Below are positions 28,975 through 38,487 of a stretch of 64,000 bases of DNA, piece after piece. The position numbers and the translations under genes are program-made. Source of the stretch: Spirochaetaceae bacterium (lineage in GTDB: Bacteria; Spirochaetota; Spirochaetia; SZUA-6; DRHE01). How positions within the stretch are numbered: position 1 is the first letter of the stretch; the number at the start of each line of letters is the position of its first letter. The notes beneath the pieces were generated by a model. It worked only from the letters and a program-made list of their open reading frames with translations, had not been told where the DNA came from and did no database searches. The stretch covers positions 1,821,989-1,885,988 of the forward strand of contig CP070696.1 in NCBI GenBank assembly GCA_020353535.1, written 5' to 3'.

Positions 28975-30657
28975 ATGGAAAAAATCCGCATCTGCATGAT
29001 CCATGGCTACCTCCTAACCGGAACGGGCAGCAACATTTTTGTCGCCAATCTGGTGCGCAACCTCTGTCGCCTCGGTCACGACGTGTTCCTCTTCTGCCAG
29101 GAAAAACATGCGGAGGATATCGATTTCATCTCCCAGCATTCGGTATTCGAACCGGGAAACAGGGAATATCAAATCCTGTTCTCCCGGGAGACCAGGTACC
29201 CCGGGAAATGCAATCTCTTCAATCCGGAGATCAGAGGCCTGCTGCCGGTCTATGTCTATGACGAATATGAAGGTTTCAAAGTCAAGACCTTTCCCAAAAT
29301 GAAAATCGGCGAAATCGAGGACTATATACGCCAGAACGTAGAAGCCGTAGAAACCATTTATCTGGAAAAAGGGTTCGATCTCATCCAGACCAACCACGTC
29401 ATCATGTCGCCGTACATCGCCAGGATTATGTGGAAGAAGCACGACATTCCCTACTACGTTACACTTCACGGCAGTGCCCTGAACTTCAGCGTGCGGAACG
29501 ACTTGCGCTTGCGCCCCTACGCAACCAAAGCTCTGCTCGGTGCAACCAGGATCTTTGCGGTCAGCAATCACAACCATCTGGAAGCTTTAACCTTCTTCAA
29601 GAGAATTGCATCCAGAATCGAAGGGAAATTCACTGTGATTCCCGCCGGGGTTGACACGGATCTATTCCGTATCCTCGACAATTCCAGACGGAAGTCGATT
29701 GACGAACTGCAGTCGATTTTGAAAGAGCGACTCAAGGTGCTCCCCAACGGCAAGAGTCCCGAGCAGAAGCGGAGATTCCTGCAGGAACTTGAGGAAACCT
29801 CTTCGGTAGATGAGGTGGATGAACTGGTCTCTAAGTACAACGCCGAGTATTCCCAGGGGCACCCGGACCGGGATATCGTCGCGACTCTGAAGAGAATAGA
29901 TTGGAAGAACGGTTGGGTTCTGTTGTTTGTGGGCAAATATCTCTGGACCAAAGGGATTCAGATGGTGATCAGCGCTCTACCCATCGTTCTGAACGCAGTG
30001 CCCGATCTGCACCTGCTGCTGGTCGGATTCGGCAGCTATCGGGAGGAGCTCGAGGCCCTGGTCTACTCTCTGGCTTCGGGACGGCGGGAGTTGTTCCGCT
30101 ATCTGATCGAAAGGAGTATCTCCCAAATGCAGCCCGGGGAAGAACCCTGTGTCGAGAAACCGTTTAAATTTCTCGACGCCCTGACGCACAGAAAGGAGGT
30201 CAAGAGCTACTTCGACTCCGCGGAGCGGAATGCAATCGCAGAGCATGTCCATTTTCTCGGGGCTCTGAGCCACGCCGAGTTGGGACGCCTGCTGCCCTGC
30301 GCGGACGGATTCGTGGCCGCCTCGGTGTGCCCGGAGGCCTTCGGCATGGTCTCGATCGAAGCCCTGGCCTGTGGTGTGCTGCCGATCATCTCCAACCAGA
30401 CGGGATTCAAGGAAATCGTCGACCTGGTCTCGGGAAGTGTTTATGAGGTAAACGAGTCCCCCAAGGTGAATATCGATGAGGATATGATTTTCAACATTGC
30501 CGAAAACATCATTCAGAACATCAGGCGGGGAAATCTCCGAAATCCCGAGTTGAAAAAAAAGTTCCGCAAGCTCACCGTGGATCACTTCAGCTGGGAAAGC
30601 ATCGCCAACCAGTACGTATCGTATTACCGGAAAGATACGGTGGTGACAAACTCATGA
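28975..30657 (+). CDS. GT4-family glycosyltransferase with a long internal insertion
   Basis: N-terminal GTGSNIF sugar-acceptor domain and a C-terminal EAFGMVSIEALACGVLPI donor motif. An insert of about 70 aa of charged residues sits between the two Rossmann halves. Confidence 0.8.
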   Translation: MEKIRICMIHGYLLTGTGSNIFVANLVRNLCRLGHDVFLFCQEKHAEDIDFISQHSVFEPGNREYQILFSRETRYPGKCNLFNPEIRGLLPVYVYDEYEGFKVKTFPKMKIGEIEDYIRQNVEAVETIYLEKGFDLIQTNHVIMSPYIARIMWKKHDIPYYVTLHGSALNFSVRNDLRLRPYATKALLGATRIFAVSNHNHLEALTFFKRIASRIEGKFTVIPAGVDTDLFRILDNSRRKSIDELQSILKERLKVLPNGKSPEQKRRFLQELEETSSVDEVDELVSKYNAEYSQGHPDRDIVATLKRIDWKNGWVLLFVGKYLWTKGIQMVISALPIVLNAVPDLHLLLVGFGSYREELEALVYSLASGRRELFRYLIERSISQMQPGEEPCVEKPFKFLDALTHRKEVKSYFDSAERNAIAEHVHFLGALSHAELGRLLPCADGFVAASVCPEAFGMVSIEALACGVLPIISNQTGFKEIVDLVSGSVYEVNESPKVNIDEDMIFNIAENIIQNIRRGNLRNPELKKKFRKLTVDHFSWESIANQYVSYYRKDTVVTNS

Positions 30658-31883
30658 AGGTGCTGTTTACAAACACCGGACCGTGGGGCACCGGAAGTGC
30701 TACGGTAGTGAATGGGGTTATGAGCGAACTGATCCGCAAAGGCCACCAGGCCCGGGTCATCTTCCCCGACAGCGGATTCAAATCACCGGATTTCAATCGC
30801 TACTACGATTATCCGGACAAGTTCAATATCCTCAAGTTCCCCGCAACCCAAAATGGGGAGCATCTCTATACCTTTCCTCTGATTATCACCGATCCTCACC
30901 CGCGAAACTTTCCCCACGCCTGGACCTTCAAGGATTTGAATCGTCAGCAGCTTCAGGCTTATATGGATTACTACGGTAAGTTCACTGAAAAAGTGATCGA
31001 GGAGTTCCAGCCGGACGTCATCGAGTGCCAGCATATCTGGATCATGGACTACGTGCTCGGGAAAAAAGGATACCCGTATATCTCTGTTGCCCACCACAGC
31101 GATCAACTGGGATTTCGCTATGACAGGCGCATGCGCAAGTACGCACGTAGAGCAGCCAGACACGCCTCCTACATATTTGCCATCTCGGAGAGTGTCAAGG
31201 AGGAGGTGCTGGAGCTCTATCCTGTGGATCCCGAGCGGGTGGTGGTATTGCCCAACGGCTATGACCAGAGCGTATTTTACAGGAATGAAGTCGATCGAGG
31301 GGAGCTGCTGGCCCGTTTCGGGCTGGAGCATCTTCGCAATACGCCGATCATCACCTTTGCCGGGAAAATTTCGAAGACAAAAGGCATCGACTTTCTCTTG
31401 AGAGCCAACAGGATCATCCAGAAGCACCGGGAAGCCGCGATCGTTGTGTTCGGTGCAGGTGATCTGGAGGATGTGCTGTCCGGTATTCCTGCTGATGCCT
31501 ATGACATGGGCAACGTTGTCATGATGGGTCACCAGACTCCGGAAGTGTTGGCGGCCTTCCACAACATCGCTCGCCTCAGCGTTCTCCCCTCCCGTTCGGA
31601 GGGATTCGGAATCGCGGCTCTCGAGGCCATGGGCTGCGGGATCCCCATGGTTGCTACCCGGACCGGAGGTTTGGCAAAGCTCGTCGTGGGCGGACTGGTG
31701 CCGATCGGGGATTACCGAGAACTTGCCCGACAGGTGCTGCGAATCCTCTCACTTCCCGAAAAGGAGCATCACAAGCTCTGCGACCAGGCCCACAAGCGGG
31801 CTCACGAGTACTCGTGGAAGAAAATAGTGAAGCAGCGCCTCAGGATCTACCAATCCCTCCGGGAATCGAGATCCTCTCTGTGA
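30654..31883 (+). CDS. GT4-family glycosyltransferase
   Basis: EGFGIAALEAMGCGIPMVATRTGG motif. ATGA overlap with the upstream GT4 gene. Confidence 0.85.
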   Translation: MKVLFTNTGPWGTGSATVVNGVMSELIRKGHQARVIFPDSGFKSPDFNRYYDYPDKFNILKFPATQNGEHLYTFPLIITDPHPRNFPHAWTFKDLNRQQLQAYMDYYGKFTEKVIEEFQPDVIECQHIWIMDYVLGKKGYPYISVAHHSDQLGFRYDRRMRKYARRAARHASYIFAISESVKEEVLELYPVDPERVVVLPNGYDQSVFYRNEVDRGELLARFGLEHLRNTPIITFAGKISKTKGIDFLLRANRIIQKHREAAIVVFGAGDLEDVLSGIPADAYDMGNVVMMGHQTPEVLAAFHNIARLSVLPSRSEGFGIAALEAMGCGIPMVATRTGGLAKLVVGGLVPIGDYRELARQVLRILSLPEKEHHKLCDQAHKRAHEYSWKKIVKQRLRIYQSLRESRSSL

Positions 31884-31970
31884 TCCTGTAAACCCTGTTC
31901 GTACTGGGCTGAACCACAGTTAGAATCCTGGCCGCTCTCCGGATTTTTCCTGTTAACCTCGAGTATATTC

Positions 31971-31998
31971 TTGACAGAGTCCGCCGTTGATATAAGAT
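31971..31998 (+). promoter_or_regulatory. Sigma70-like promoter upstream of the BMP-family gene
   Basis: TTGACA (31971-31976), a 16-nt spacer, then TAAGAT (31993-31998). Confidence 0.4.
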
Positions 31999-32054
31999 GA
32001 TACCTGTCCCTGAAACGGGACGAATCAAATCCTAACAAATCCACGGAGGGAGCT

Positions 32055-33239
32055 ATGAAAGCTACAAAAAAGGTACTGGCAGTCTTGGTTGTGTTGCTGC
32101 TCGCCACCACCCTGGCTTTTGCCGGCGCTAAGGGCGAGACAGAGAGCAAACCCGAGACCAAGACGCTCAAGGCGGGCTTCGTTTACGTCGGTCCGATCGG
32201 GGACATGGGCTGGTCCCACGCCCACGACGTCGGGCGCAAGTACGTCGAGGACAAGCTGGAGTGGCTGGAGACGGTGTATGTGGAATCCGTACCCGAGGGG
32301 GATGCGGCTCGCATCATCGACAGACTGGTCGTGGAGGAGAATTGCGACGTGGTCTTTACCACCAGTTTTGGCTATATGGATGATACGGTTGCCGCCGGTG
32401 CCAAATATCCAGACCAGCTGTTCATGCACTGTTCCGGCTTCAAGAACTCGGAGAATGTGGGTACCTATTTCGCGGAACTGTACCAGATGTACTATCTAAA
32501 TGGCCTGATGGCCGGTGCCCTGACAAAGAGCAACAAGGTCGGCTATGTGGGGGCCTTCCCCATCCCCGAGGTGGTGCGCCATATCAACGCCTACGCCCTG
32601 GGCGTGAAAGACGCGAATCCGGACGCACGGGTGCACGTGCGCTGGATCTTCTCCTGGTACGATCCAGCCAAAGCCCGCGAAGCCGCCGAAGCCCTGGTGG
32701 CCGACGGCATCGACTGCCTTGCCTTCACAGAGGACTCATCGGCGGTGATCGAGGTGGGTCAGGAGCATATGGAGAGGGGAAAGACGGTCTACAGCTTCAG
32801 CCACTACAGCCCGATGGAAGCCTTTGGACCGGATTCCGCGGTCTCCGGCCAGCTGGTCGACTGGGGCGTGATGTACGAGAAGATACTCATGGACATCTAC
32901 AACGGCACCTGGAGCAAGGAGGATCTCTGGTGGCTGGCCAAGGAGAAGGCGGCGCTGCTCGGCGGCAGCCTGGATCATGAGATCAATCCCAAGTTCGTCG
33001 ATGATCTGAAAGCCGTGTCCATCTCGACCCCGGATCTGGGGACGCTGAGTGCCTATGATCTGGTCATGAAGCGCTACGAACAGATGAAGCAGGGTAGGGA
33101 TGTCTTCGATCCGTTTGTCGGACCGATATCCGACAACAAGGGAACGGTGAGGATTGCTGACGGGGTTATGGGCAGCAAGGGTGAGCTGCTCAGCATCGAC
33201 TACTACGTGGACAATGTGGTGGGGGACGTGCCCAAATAA
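32055..33239 (+). CDS. BMP-family (PnrA/Med-like) ABC substrate-binding protein, probably nucleoside-binding
   Basis: Signal peptide plus GFVYVGPIGDMGWSHAHD and the rest of the basic-membrane-protein fold. No cognate permease or ATPase genes are adjacent. Confidence 0.85.
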   Translation: MKATKKVLAVLVVLLLATTLAFAGAKGETESKPETKTLKAGFVYVGPIGDMGWSHAHDVGRKYVEDKLEWLETVYVESVPEGDAARIIDRLVVEENCDVVFTTSFGYMDDTVAAGAKYPDQLFMHCSGFKNSENVGTYFAELYQMYYLNGLMAGALTKSNKVGYVGAFPIPEVVRHINAYALGVKDANPDARVHVRWIFSWYDPAKAREAAEALVADGIDCLAFTEDSSAVIEVGQEHMERGKTVYSFSHYSPMEAFGPDSAVSGQLVDWGVMYEKILMDIYNGTWSKEDLWWLAKEKAALLGGSLDHEINPKFVDDLKAVSISTPDLGTLSAYDLVMKRYEQMKQGRDVFDPFVGPISDNKGTVRIADGVMGSKGELLSIDYYVDNVVGDVPK

Positions 33240-33265
33240 GCGTGCGGATCAATTATTCTTGCTAT

Positions 33266-33308
33266 AACGGGGAGCGCGGCCGCTGATCGGCAAGCTCCCC
33301 GTTTTTTT
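33266..33308 (+). terminator. Rho-independent terminator
   Basis: AACGGGGAGC (33266-33275) pairs with GCTCCCCGTT (33294-33303), followed by a T7 run. Confidence 0.75.
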
Positions 33309-33409
33309 GTTCTAGAGAACTGTCATGAGGAGTAAAAAAAACGGGATATATCGGAAATACTACTGTAGAATAGACGACATAACTGGAAAATAGAAACTCG
33401 TTATAAGTG

Positions 33410-33467
33410 GAAAAATCGAGATTTTCAGAAAACACGAGATAGCCAATGCAGAAATTCATACTATAAT
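33410..33467 (+). promoter_or_regulatory. Tandem 13-bp direct repeats plus a -10 box (activator-dependent promoter candidate)
   Basis: GAAAAATCGAGAT (33410-33422), 5 nt, GAAAACACGAGAT (33428-33440), 21 nt, TATAAT (33462-33467). There is no good -35 box. The same architecture recurs at 37551-37609. Confidence 0.5.
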
Positions 33468-33494
33468 GACCGCAGTCCAGCAGGAGAAATATTC

Positions 33495-35057
33495 ATGTCC
33501 GGATTAAGGATAAGAGCAATATACGGTCTACTCATCTTGATCTTTTGTTATCCTCAGAACGTATTTGCGATAGGTCGAGCGGAAGAAACGGCGGAATTAG
33601 TGACCGAAGAGGGAACGCCCGGGCTGCCCCTGGTTCAGGAACGGGTCACCTTGGATTATTTCATGGCCAATCACAAAACCGCGCCCTTTACAGCACAGGA
33701 TCTGACCATCGCCGAGTTGCAGAGAAGAACCAACGTCTTCTTCAATATCATCAGCATCGACTCCGGATATTGGGATAAGTACAAGGTCATGCTGGCATCC
33801 AACGATCTGCCCGATCTCATCTTTACCAACGTGGCGGATGCCAAGCGATATGGGATGGAAGGTCTTTTTCTGCCCCTCGACGAGCTTCTAGAAAAACATG
33901 GGAAAAACATACTGGCTGCGATCGAACAGGAGGGGATTGCTGAAGACATGCGGGCTCTTGATGGCAGGATCTACTTTTTCCCAAAGATATCCTTGCAGCA
34001 ACCCGAACCCTTCATGATCCGTCAGGATTGGCTGGATGCCTGTGGGCTGGATACCCCGGAAACCCTGGAAGATTTGTACCATATGCTGAAGACCTTCAAA
34101 GAGCGTGATCCCGCCGGCGGAGGGCAGACCATCCCTTACGGATCCCTGATGTACAACGATCCTTCGATCTGCTATTTAAATGCCTTCTATCGGGCCTTTA
34201 CCGTCGACCAGGATTTCATGCTCAAAGCAGAGAGGATGGTCTGGGGTCCGGCTCAGCCCGAGATGAAGCAGGCCATGAGGTATCTGAACAGGCTCTACGC
34301 AGAGGGGTTGCTGGATCCGGAAGCCCCGATCCTGGCGAAAAAGCAGTGGGAGGAGAGGGTGTCAGCAGGGCGGGTGGGGATGATCGTCTACTCGTCTGTA
34401 CGAACCGACTACTTCACCCGGGTTCTCAGGCAGACCGATCCTGAAGCCAAGATGATCGGAATGCCGCCACCCATCGGCATCGACGGGCAGAGACACGTGG
34501 CGCCTATGCCTCGATTCAGCACGGATTTTTGCATGGTTGTCTCCAAGGATTCACCACATGCCGAGCTGATCGTGAAGTTCTTCGATTACGTGTTTAGCCC
34601 CGAGGGGAGAATGATCGTCTCCTACGGTGTGGAAGGGGATTCCTATGAGATCCGGGATGGCAAACCCGTATTCAGCGAAAAAATGTACAGCAAAGAGGCG
34701 GGCTGGAACATGTTTGTAAAGGCTGCAATAGGCGGCAGGAGGATCGCCTGCTGGCCCTACGATGATGCTATGGTGCAGCAATTGAGGGGCACTCTATCCC
34801 TCGAGGCACTCCAACTCACCTGGCCCCATGTCGATCCACCGACACCGATTCTCAATTTCGATCAGCAGGAGCTCGGCATCATCGAAACCAGGTATCAGGA
34901 TCTCAAAGACAGGACCAGTGAGTTCCTGCTCAAATTCCTTACGGGCGAGCTTTCCGTGGACGCCGGCTGGGATGACTATATAGGGGAACTGAAGCGAGCG
35001 GGCCTGGATGAGCTGGAGGAAGCCTACAACCGGGCCTATGCCAGGCGATATCGTTAG
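33495..35057 (+). CDS. Large (about 520 aa) extracellular solute-binding protein, CUT1/LplA-like
   Basis: Signal peptide and family-1 SBP-like sequence throughout. Orphan (no permeases), immediately upstream of the membrane AraC-type regulator. Confidence 0.8.
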   Translation: MSGLRIRAIYGLLILIFCYPQNVFAIGRAEETAELVTEEGTPGLPLVQERVTLDYFMANHKTAPFTAQDLTIAELQRRTNVFFNIISIDSGYWDKYKVMLASNDLPDLIFTNVADAKRYGMEGLFLPLDELLEKHGKNILAAIEQEGIAEDMRALDGRIYFFPKISLQQPEPFMIRQDWLDACGLDTPETLEDLYHMLKTFKERDPAGGGQTIPYGSLMYNDPSICYLNAFYRAFTVDQDFMLKAERMVWGPAQPEMKQAMRYLNRLYAEGLLDPEAPILAKKQWEERVSAGRVGMIVYSSVRTDYFTRVLRQTDPEAKMIGMPPPIGIDGQRHVAPMPRFSTDFCMVVSKDSPHAELIVKFFDYVFSPEGRMIVSYGVEGDSYEIRDGKPVFSEKMYSKEAGWNMFVKAAIGGRRIACWPYDDAMVQQLRGTLSLEALQLTWPHVDPPTPILNFDQQELGIIETRYQDLKDRTSEFLLKFLTGELSVDAGWDDYIGELKRAGLDELEEAYNRAYARRYR

Positions 35058-35079
35058 CTTACCGATCGTCTTCGAAAGC

Positions 35080-35107
35080 TTGAATCCTCCTCGAGATACC
35101 TTATAAT
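35080..35107 (+). promoter_or_regulatory. Near-consensus sigma70 promoter for the AraC-type regulator gene
   Basis: TTGAAT (35080-35085), a 16-nt spacer, then TATAAT (35102-35107). Confidence 0.5.
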
Positions 35108-35150
35108 TATTCTACATTAGAAAATAACTCATATTGCTGCCTTGCCTGAA

Positions 35151-37463
35151 ATGAAAGAGCGTCTGGTCGGTCGCAACAGCCAATTCAAGAGAAGTGTATT
35201 TCTTAGGATATTTTTCTCTCTGATGAGCCTTACTCTTATACCGATCTTTATTCTTGCGTTGACCTCCTACTTCGTGTTTTACCGATCCATGAAAACTCAA
35301 AGCGACGATTTCGATCGGCTGATATTGAGTACGCTTTCGGAGAAGATCGATCGAGAATTGGAGGAAATTAAGGAGATACTGTTCCGATATTCCCTGTTCA
35401 TGGACATCGACCAGGAGAACTATGGACGACTTTTAGGTGTTGTCAGGGAGTTGGGCGGGATTGCCGGCACCAACGACTTTGTTGAAGACATCTTTATATA
35501 CATTATCGATTCCGGGCAGGTACTGACTCAAAACGGGCTCTATTACGCGGATGTTTTTTTCGACAAGGTGTACAGGTATGCTGGTCGAACCGGATTGATG
35601 TTCCAGCAAAGATTACATGAACAGAATAACTTCTATATTTTGAGCACCACGGAGGTGATTCAAGATTCGTTCATCAACAATCGCTATCTCACCATAATGA
35701 ACTCTGTGCCTCTCAGAGAAGATCCCCGAGCGAATCTGGTTGTTCTTGTGGATGAAGCTTCTCTGCATGCCCCTTTTCATGCCACCGGTTTGGCCTCAAG
35801 AGCCGATCAGATCGCCATAGTCAATACTTCCTTGGAGTTGATCGCTGGATCAATCGATGAGACTCTGGATCAAGGCGTGTTGAGGGAACTGCTGGCAGAA
35901 ACAGAAACAGAGAAACTGTCCGCAGCTCACGGTGATCGCCTTGGGAGCAGCTACGTATTCCATTCCCGCTCATCGGTAACCGATTGGCATTACCTGGTGT
36001 TCACACCAGTAAATCAAATCACCAAACAGGCGGCTTCCATCCGTAATATTACGATTTGGATATGTGCTGTATTAGTAATTGTCAGCTTTCTGCTGACTTG
36101 GATAATTTCCATGAATCTATACAGTCCGATCAGGGAAATTGTTGCGACCATACGGAATTCACCGGTCTCAGAGCAAGAACGGGCAGTAAAGACTGATGAG
36201 ATGAGTTACATCCTGAACCATGTCAAGTATGTAATGGAACGAAACAAGAGTCTGGATGCCGGTATGAAGCAGGTCGAGCCGGCCTTTCGAGACCATTACC
36301 TGCGCTCGCTAATCCTCGGTATTCCGAATAGGATGATCAGCGATAGTGATACCGGTGTAAAACTGGATTGGCCCCATGCCAATTTTGCCGTACTAGTGGT
36401 CCAGATTTCATTCTTGGGGGACACCGTTCCTCCAGAATATTCTCGTGAATCCATGACAGATGATGTCTTACGCTATCTCGAGGAGGTCCTGAATAGCGCG
36501 GAGGGAATGGTGGGGGTGATAACCTATATCGGTAAGTCTCAGATGACCATTTTAGTGAATCTGGATACCGAACAAACCCTGGGCGTCCTATTGCGGGAAG
36601 TCGAATCCCAGATTAAACGATACTCGGAAAAGTACCGCTGTTCTATTGCCATGGGAATCGGCGGATTTTGTAGAACCATGTCGCAGATCAATGGATCATA
36701 CGAGGAAGCTCTGAAGGCTCTTCACGGGAGGATAATAGGAGCCAAATACCAGATCATTCATTTCAATAATATGGGGAAGGCACAAACATCAAAACCAAGG
36801 TTAAACTACCCGATCGAACGGGAACGACAGTTGATCTACAAGGTGCTTGCCGGGAACCATGAAAAAGTCGTGGAAGAGATCAACGGGATAATTGCCAATA
36901 ATCTTTTCGAAGAGATCACCTATAATCACCTAATATCCCTGTTTGATCAATTCATCGCGACGGCAGGTAAAGTCCTGAACAAAGACAAAAGTATCAAACT
37001 CGAATCGGAGGAAAAGGAGTTTCTGCATCACTACCGCTACAACAAACCCGAAAATCTAGCGGCTATGCGGAGGAGTGTGTTGGACATCTATGAACGAATC
37101 ACCGATGCCTTTTCCCAGAAAAAGAATACGAAAGGGGAGGGTTTGAAGGAAAAGCTGGTTCGTTACATCCAAGATAACTATCCTGCTCCCGATCTTTCTC
37201 TGGATAGAATAGCCGCCGAATTCGATCTGAATCCCAAATACGTGAGCAGATACTTCAAAGAGCAAACCGGTACCAACTACCTCGACTACCTGAACATGAT
37301 CAGAATCAAACAGGCCAAAGAGTTGTTGATGAAAAATGATAAACTGAAGATTCTGGAAATAAGCAAAATGGTGGGTTTCTACAACGTAAATACGTTTATT
37401 GCCGTCTTCAAGAGAATTGAAGGGGTAACACCAAACGCCTTTCGAAAGCTTTCGCGGGCGTAA
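35151..37463 (+). CDS. Membrane-anchored AraC/XylS-family transcriptional regulator with a large extracytoplasmic sensor region
   Basis: Two TM segments (residues about 20-45 and about 300-325 of the ORF) flank a periplasmic-type domain. C-terminal double HTH (IAAEFDLNPKYVSRYFKEQTG...ISKMVGFYNVNTFIAVFKR). No receiver domain. An upstream in-frame TTG at 35142 is possible. Confidence 0.8.
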   Translation: MKERLVGRNSQFKRSVFLRIFFSLMSLTLIPIFILALTSYFVFYRSMKTQSDDFDRLILSTLSEKIDRELEEIKEILFRYSLFMDIDQENYGRLLGVVRELGGIAGTNDFVEDIFIYIIDSGQVLTQNGLYYADVFFDKVYRYAGRTGLMFQQRLHEQNNFYILSTTEVIQDSFINNRYLTIMNSVPLREDPRANLVVLVDEASLHAPFHATGLASRADQIAIVNTSLELIAGSIDETLDQGVLRELLAETETEKLSAAHGDRLGSSYVFHSRSSVTDWHYLVFTPVNQITKQAASIRNITIWICAVLVIVSFLLTWIISMNLYSPIREIVATIRNSPVSEQERAVKTDEMSYILNHVKYVMERNKSLDAGMKQVEPAFRDHYLRSLILGIPNRMISDSDTGVKLDWPHANFAVLVVQISFLGDTVPPEYSRESMTDDVLRYLEEVLNSAEGMVGVITYIGKSQMTILVNLDTEQTLGVLLREVESQIKRYSEKYRCSIAMGIGGFCRTMSQINGSYEEALKALHGRIIGAKYQIIHFNNMGKAQTSKPRLNYPIERERQLIYKVLAGNHEKVVEEINGIIANNLFEEITYNHLISLFDQFIATAGKVLNKDKSIKLESEEKEFLHHYRYNKPENLAAMRRSVLDIYERITDAFSQKKNTKGEGLKEKLVRYIQDNYPAPDLSLDRIAAEFDLNPKYVSRYFKEQTGTNYLDYLNMIRIKQAKELLMKNDKLKILEISKMVGFYNVNTFIAVFKRIEGVTPNAFRKLSRA

Positions 37464-37550
37464 GGAACCTCGCCTGCGCTATCCCGCATACGCTTCGACG
37501 CCGTAGTAGAAAAACCAGGATAAATGGAAAACAGATCCCGCCTGCAGGTA

Positions 37551-37609
37551 GAAAAATCAAGATAAATTGAAAAATCACGATTCGTAAGTAGATTCATGCC
37601 TCCTAAAAT
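37551..37609 (+). promoter_or_regulatory. Tandem 13-bp direct repeats plus a -10 box (second copy of the 33410 architecture)
   Basis: GAAAAATCAAGAT (37551-37563), 5 nt, GAAAAATCACGAT (37569-37581), 22 nt, TAAAAT (37604-37609). Lies 30 nt upstream of the MBL gene start. Confidence 0.5.
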
Positions 37610-37639
37610 GAGTTTTACCGTATGTGATAGGAGGCAGGT

Positions 37640-38416
37640 ATGACAAGAATCTTTCTGGGCGCGATGGTGATCGTAACGGTGGCCGCATGTAGTCATAGAC
37701 CGACATCAGCGGTTTCTTTTCCAGAGGGAGAAAATCGAGTCATCACAGTGCCTCTGAGGAGTTCCAATGTCTTCTTTATTGAAGCAGAACAAGGCTATGT
37801 GATGGTCGATACGGGTATGGGTTCTAGTACAAACGCGGTGGAAGAGCTGTTCTCCAGTGCCGGAATCGAGCCGGCAGAAGTTACCCTGATTATTGTTACC
37901 CATGTGCACCCGGATCATGTTGGGGGACTGTTTTCCGCCAAAGAGCTGACTGGGGCGAGGGTGCTTTGCCACAAGAATGCTGCGAAGTTTATCGAGGAGG
38001 GGAGAAGTGAACCGATTGTCAGCCACAGCGCAATGGGTTCCATAATGGGTGCTATTACCCCCAAGAAGTTTAAGGGAGTTGTGCCGGATGTGTTAACGGA
38101 GGATGAGTTCGAGCTTCGGGACTACGGGTTGGCCGGTACGATTGTCCATTCTCCGGGTCATAGCTCAGGATCCATTACGATTAACCTGGATAATGGAGAA
38201 ACCCTGGTGGGTGATCAGGTGCGGGGGGAACTCGCAGATCTTTCTATAGGAAAGTTCTACGAGAATAAAGCGCTGCTAATCAAAGACCTCGAAACAGTGG
38301 CTCAGCACAATCCCCGGGTCATCTATATGTCTCACGGGACATACACCGATAACCAAACCCTCGCGGAGTTCATCGAGGAGCAGAGGCAATTGCTCGCCGC
38401 TGATGAGGCCTCTTGA
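37640..38416 (+). CDS. MBL-fold metallo-hydrolase, probable lipoprotein
   Basis: Lipobox-like VTVAAC. HxHxDH motif (THVHPDHVGG). Downstream His/Asp ligands (HSPGHS). Confidence 0.85.
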   Translation: MTRIFLGAMVIVTVAACSHRPTSAVSFPEGENRVITVPLRSSNVFFIEAEQGYVMVDTGMGSSTNAVEELFSSAGIEPAEVTLIIVTHVHPDHVGGLFSAKELTGARVLCHKNAAKFIEEGRSEPIVSHSAMGSIMGAITPKKFKGVVPDVLTEDEFELRDYGLAGTIVHSPGHSSGSITINLDNGETLVGDQVRGELADLSIGKFYENKALLIKDLETVAQHNPRVIYMSHGTYTDNQTLAEFIEEQRQLLAADEAS

Positions 38417-38487
38417 GGTGACAGGAAACGAGGGATCTGACCTTTTCAGGTAGAGAAGCCGAAGAGGGGCAGGGTAGAGGATAGACA

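Noticed and set aside
31999-32054. Small hairpin (GTCCC-tgaaac-GGGAC) in the 5' leader of the BMP-family gene, considered as a riboswitch or attenuator.
   Set aside because: It has only a 5-bp stem, no conserved riboswitch core that I recognise, and the leader is too short for known purine/nucleoside riboswitches.
33325-33393. 22-codon ORF (MRSKKNGIYRKYYCRIDDITGK) in the A/T-rich spacer upstream of the 520-aa SBP gene. Also small ORFs at 37524-37562 and 37596-37643.
   Set aside because: No Shine-Dalgarno sequence. They overlap the putative operator repeats and promoter, and A/T-rich DNA produces such ORFs by chance.
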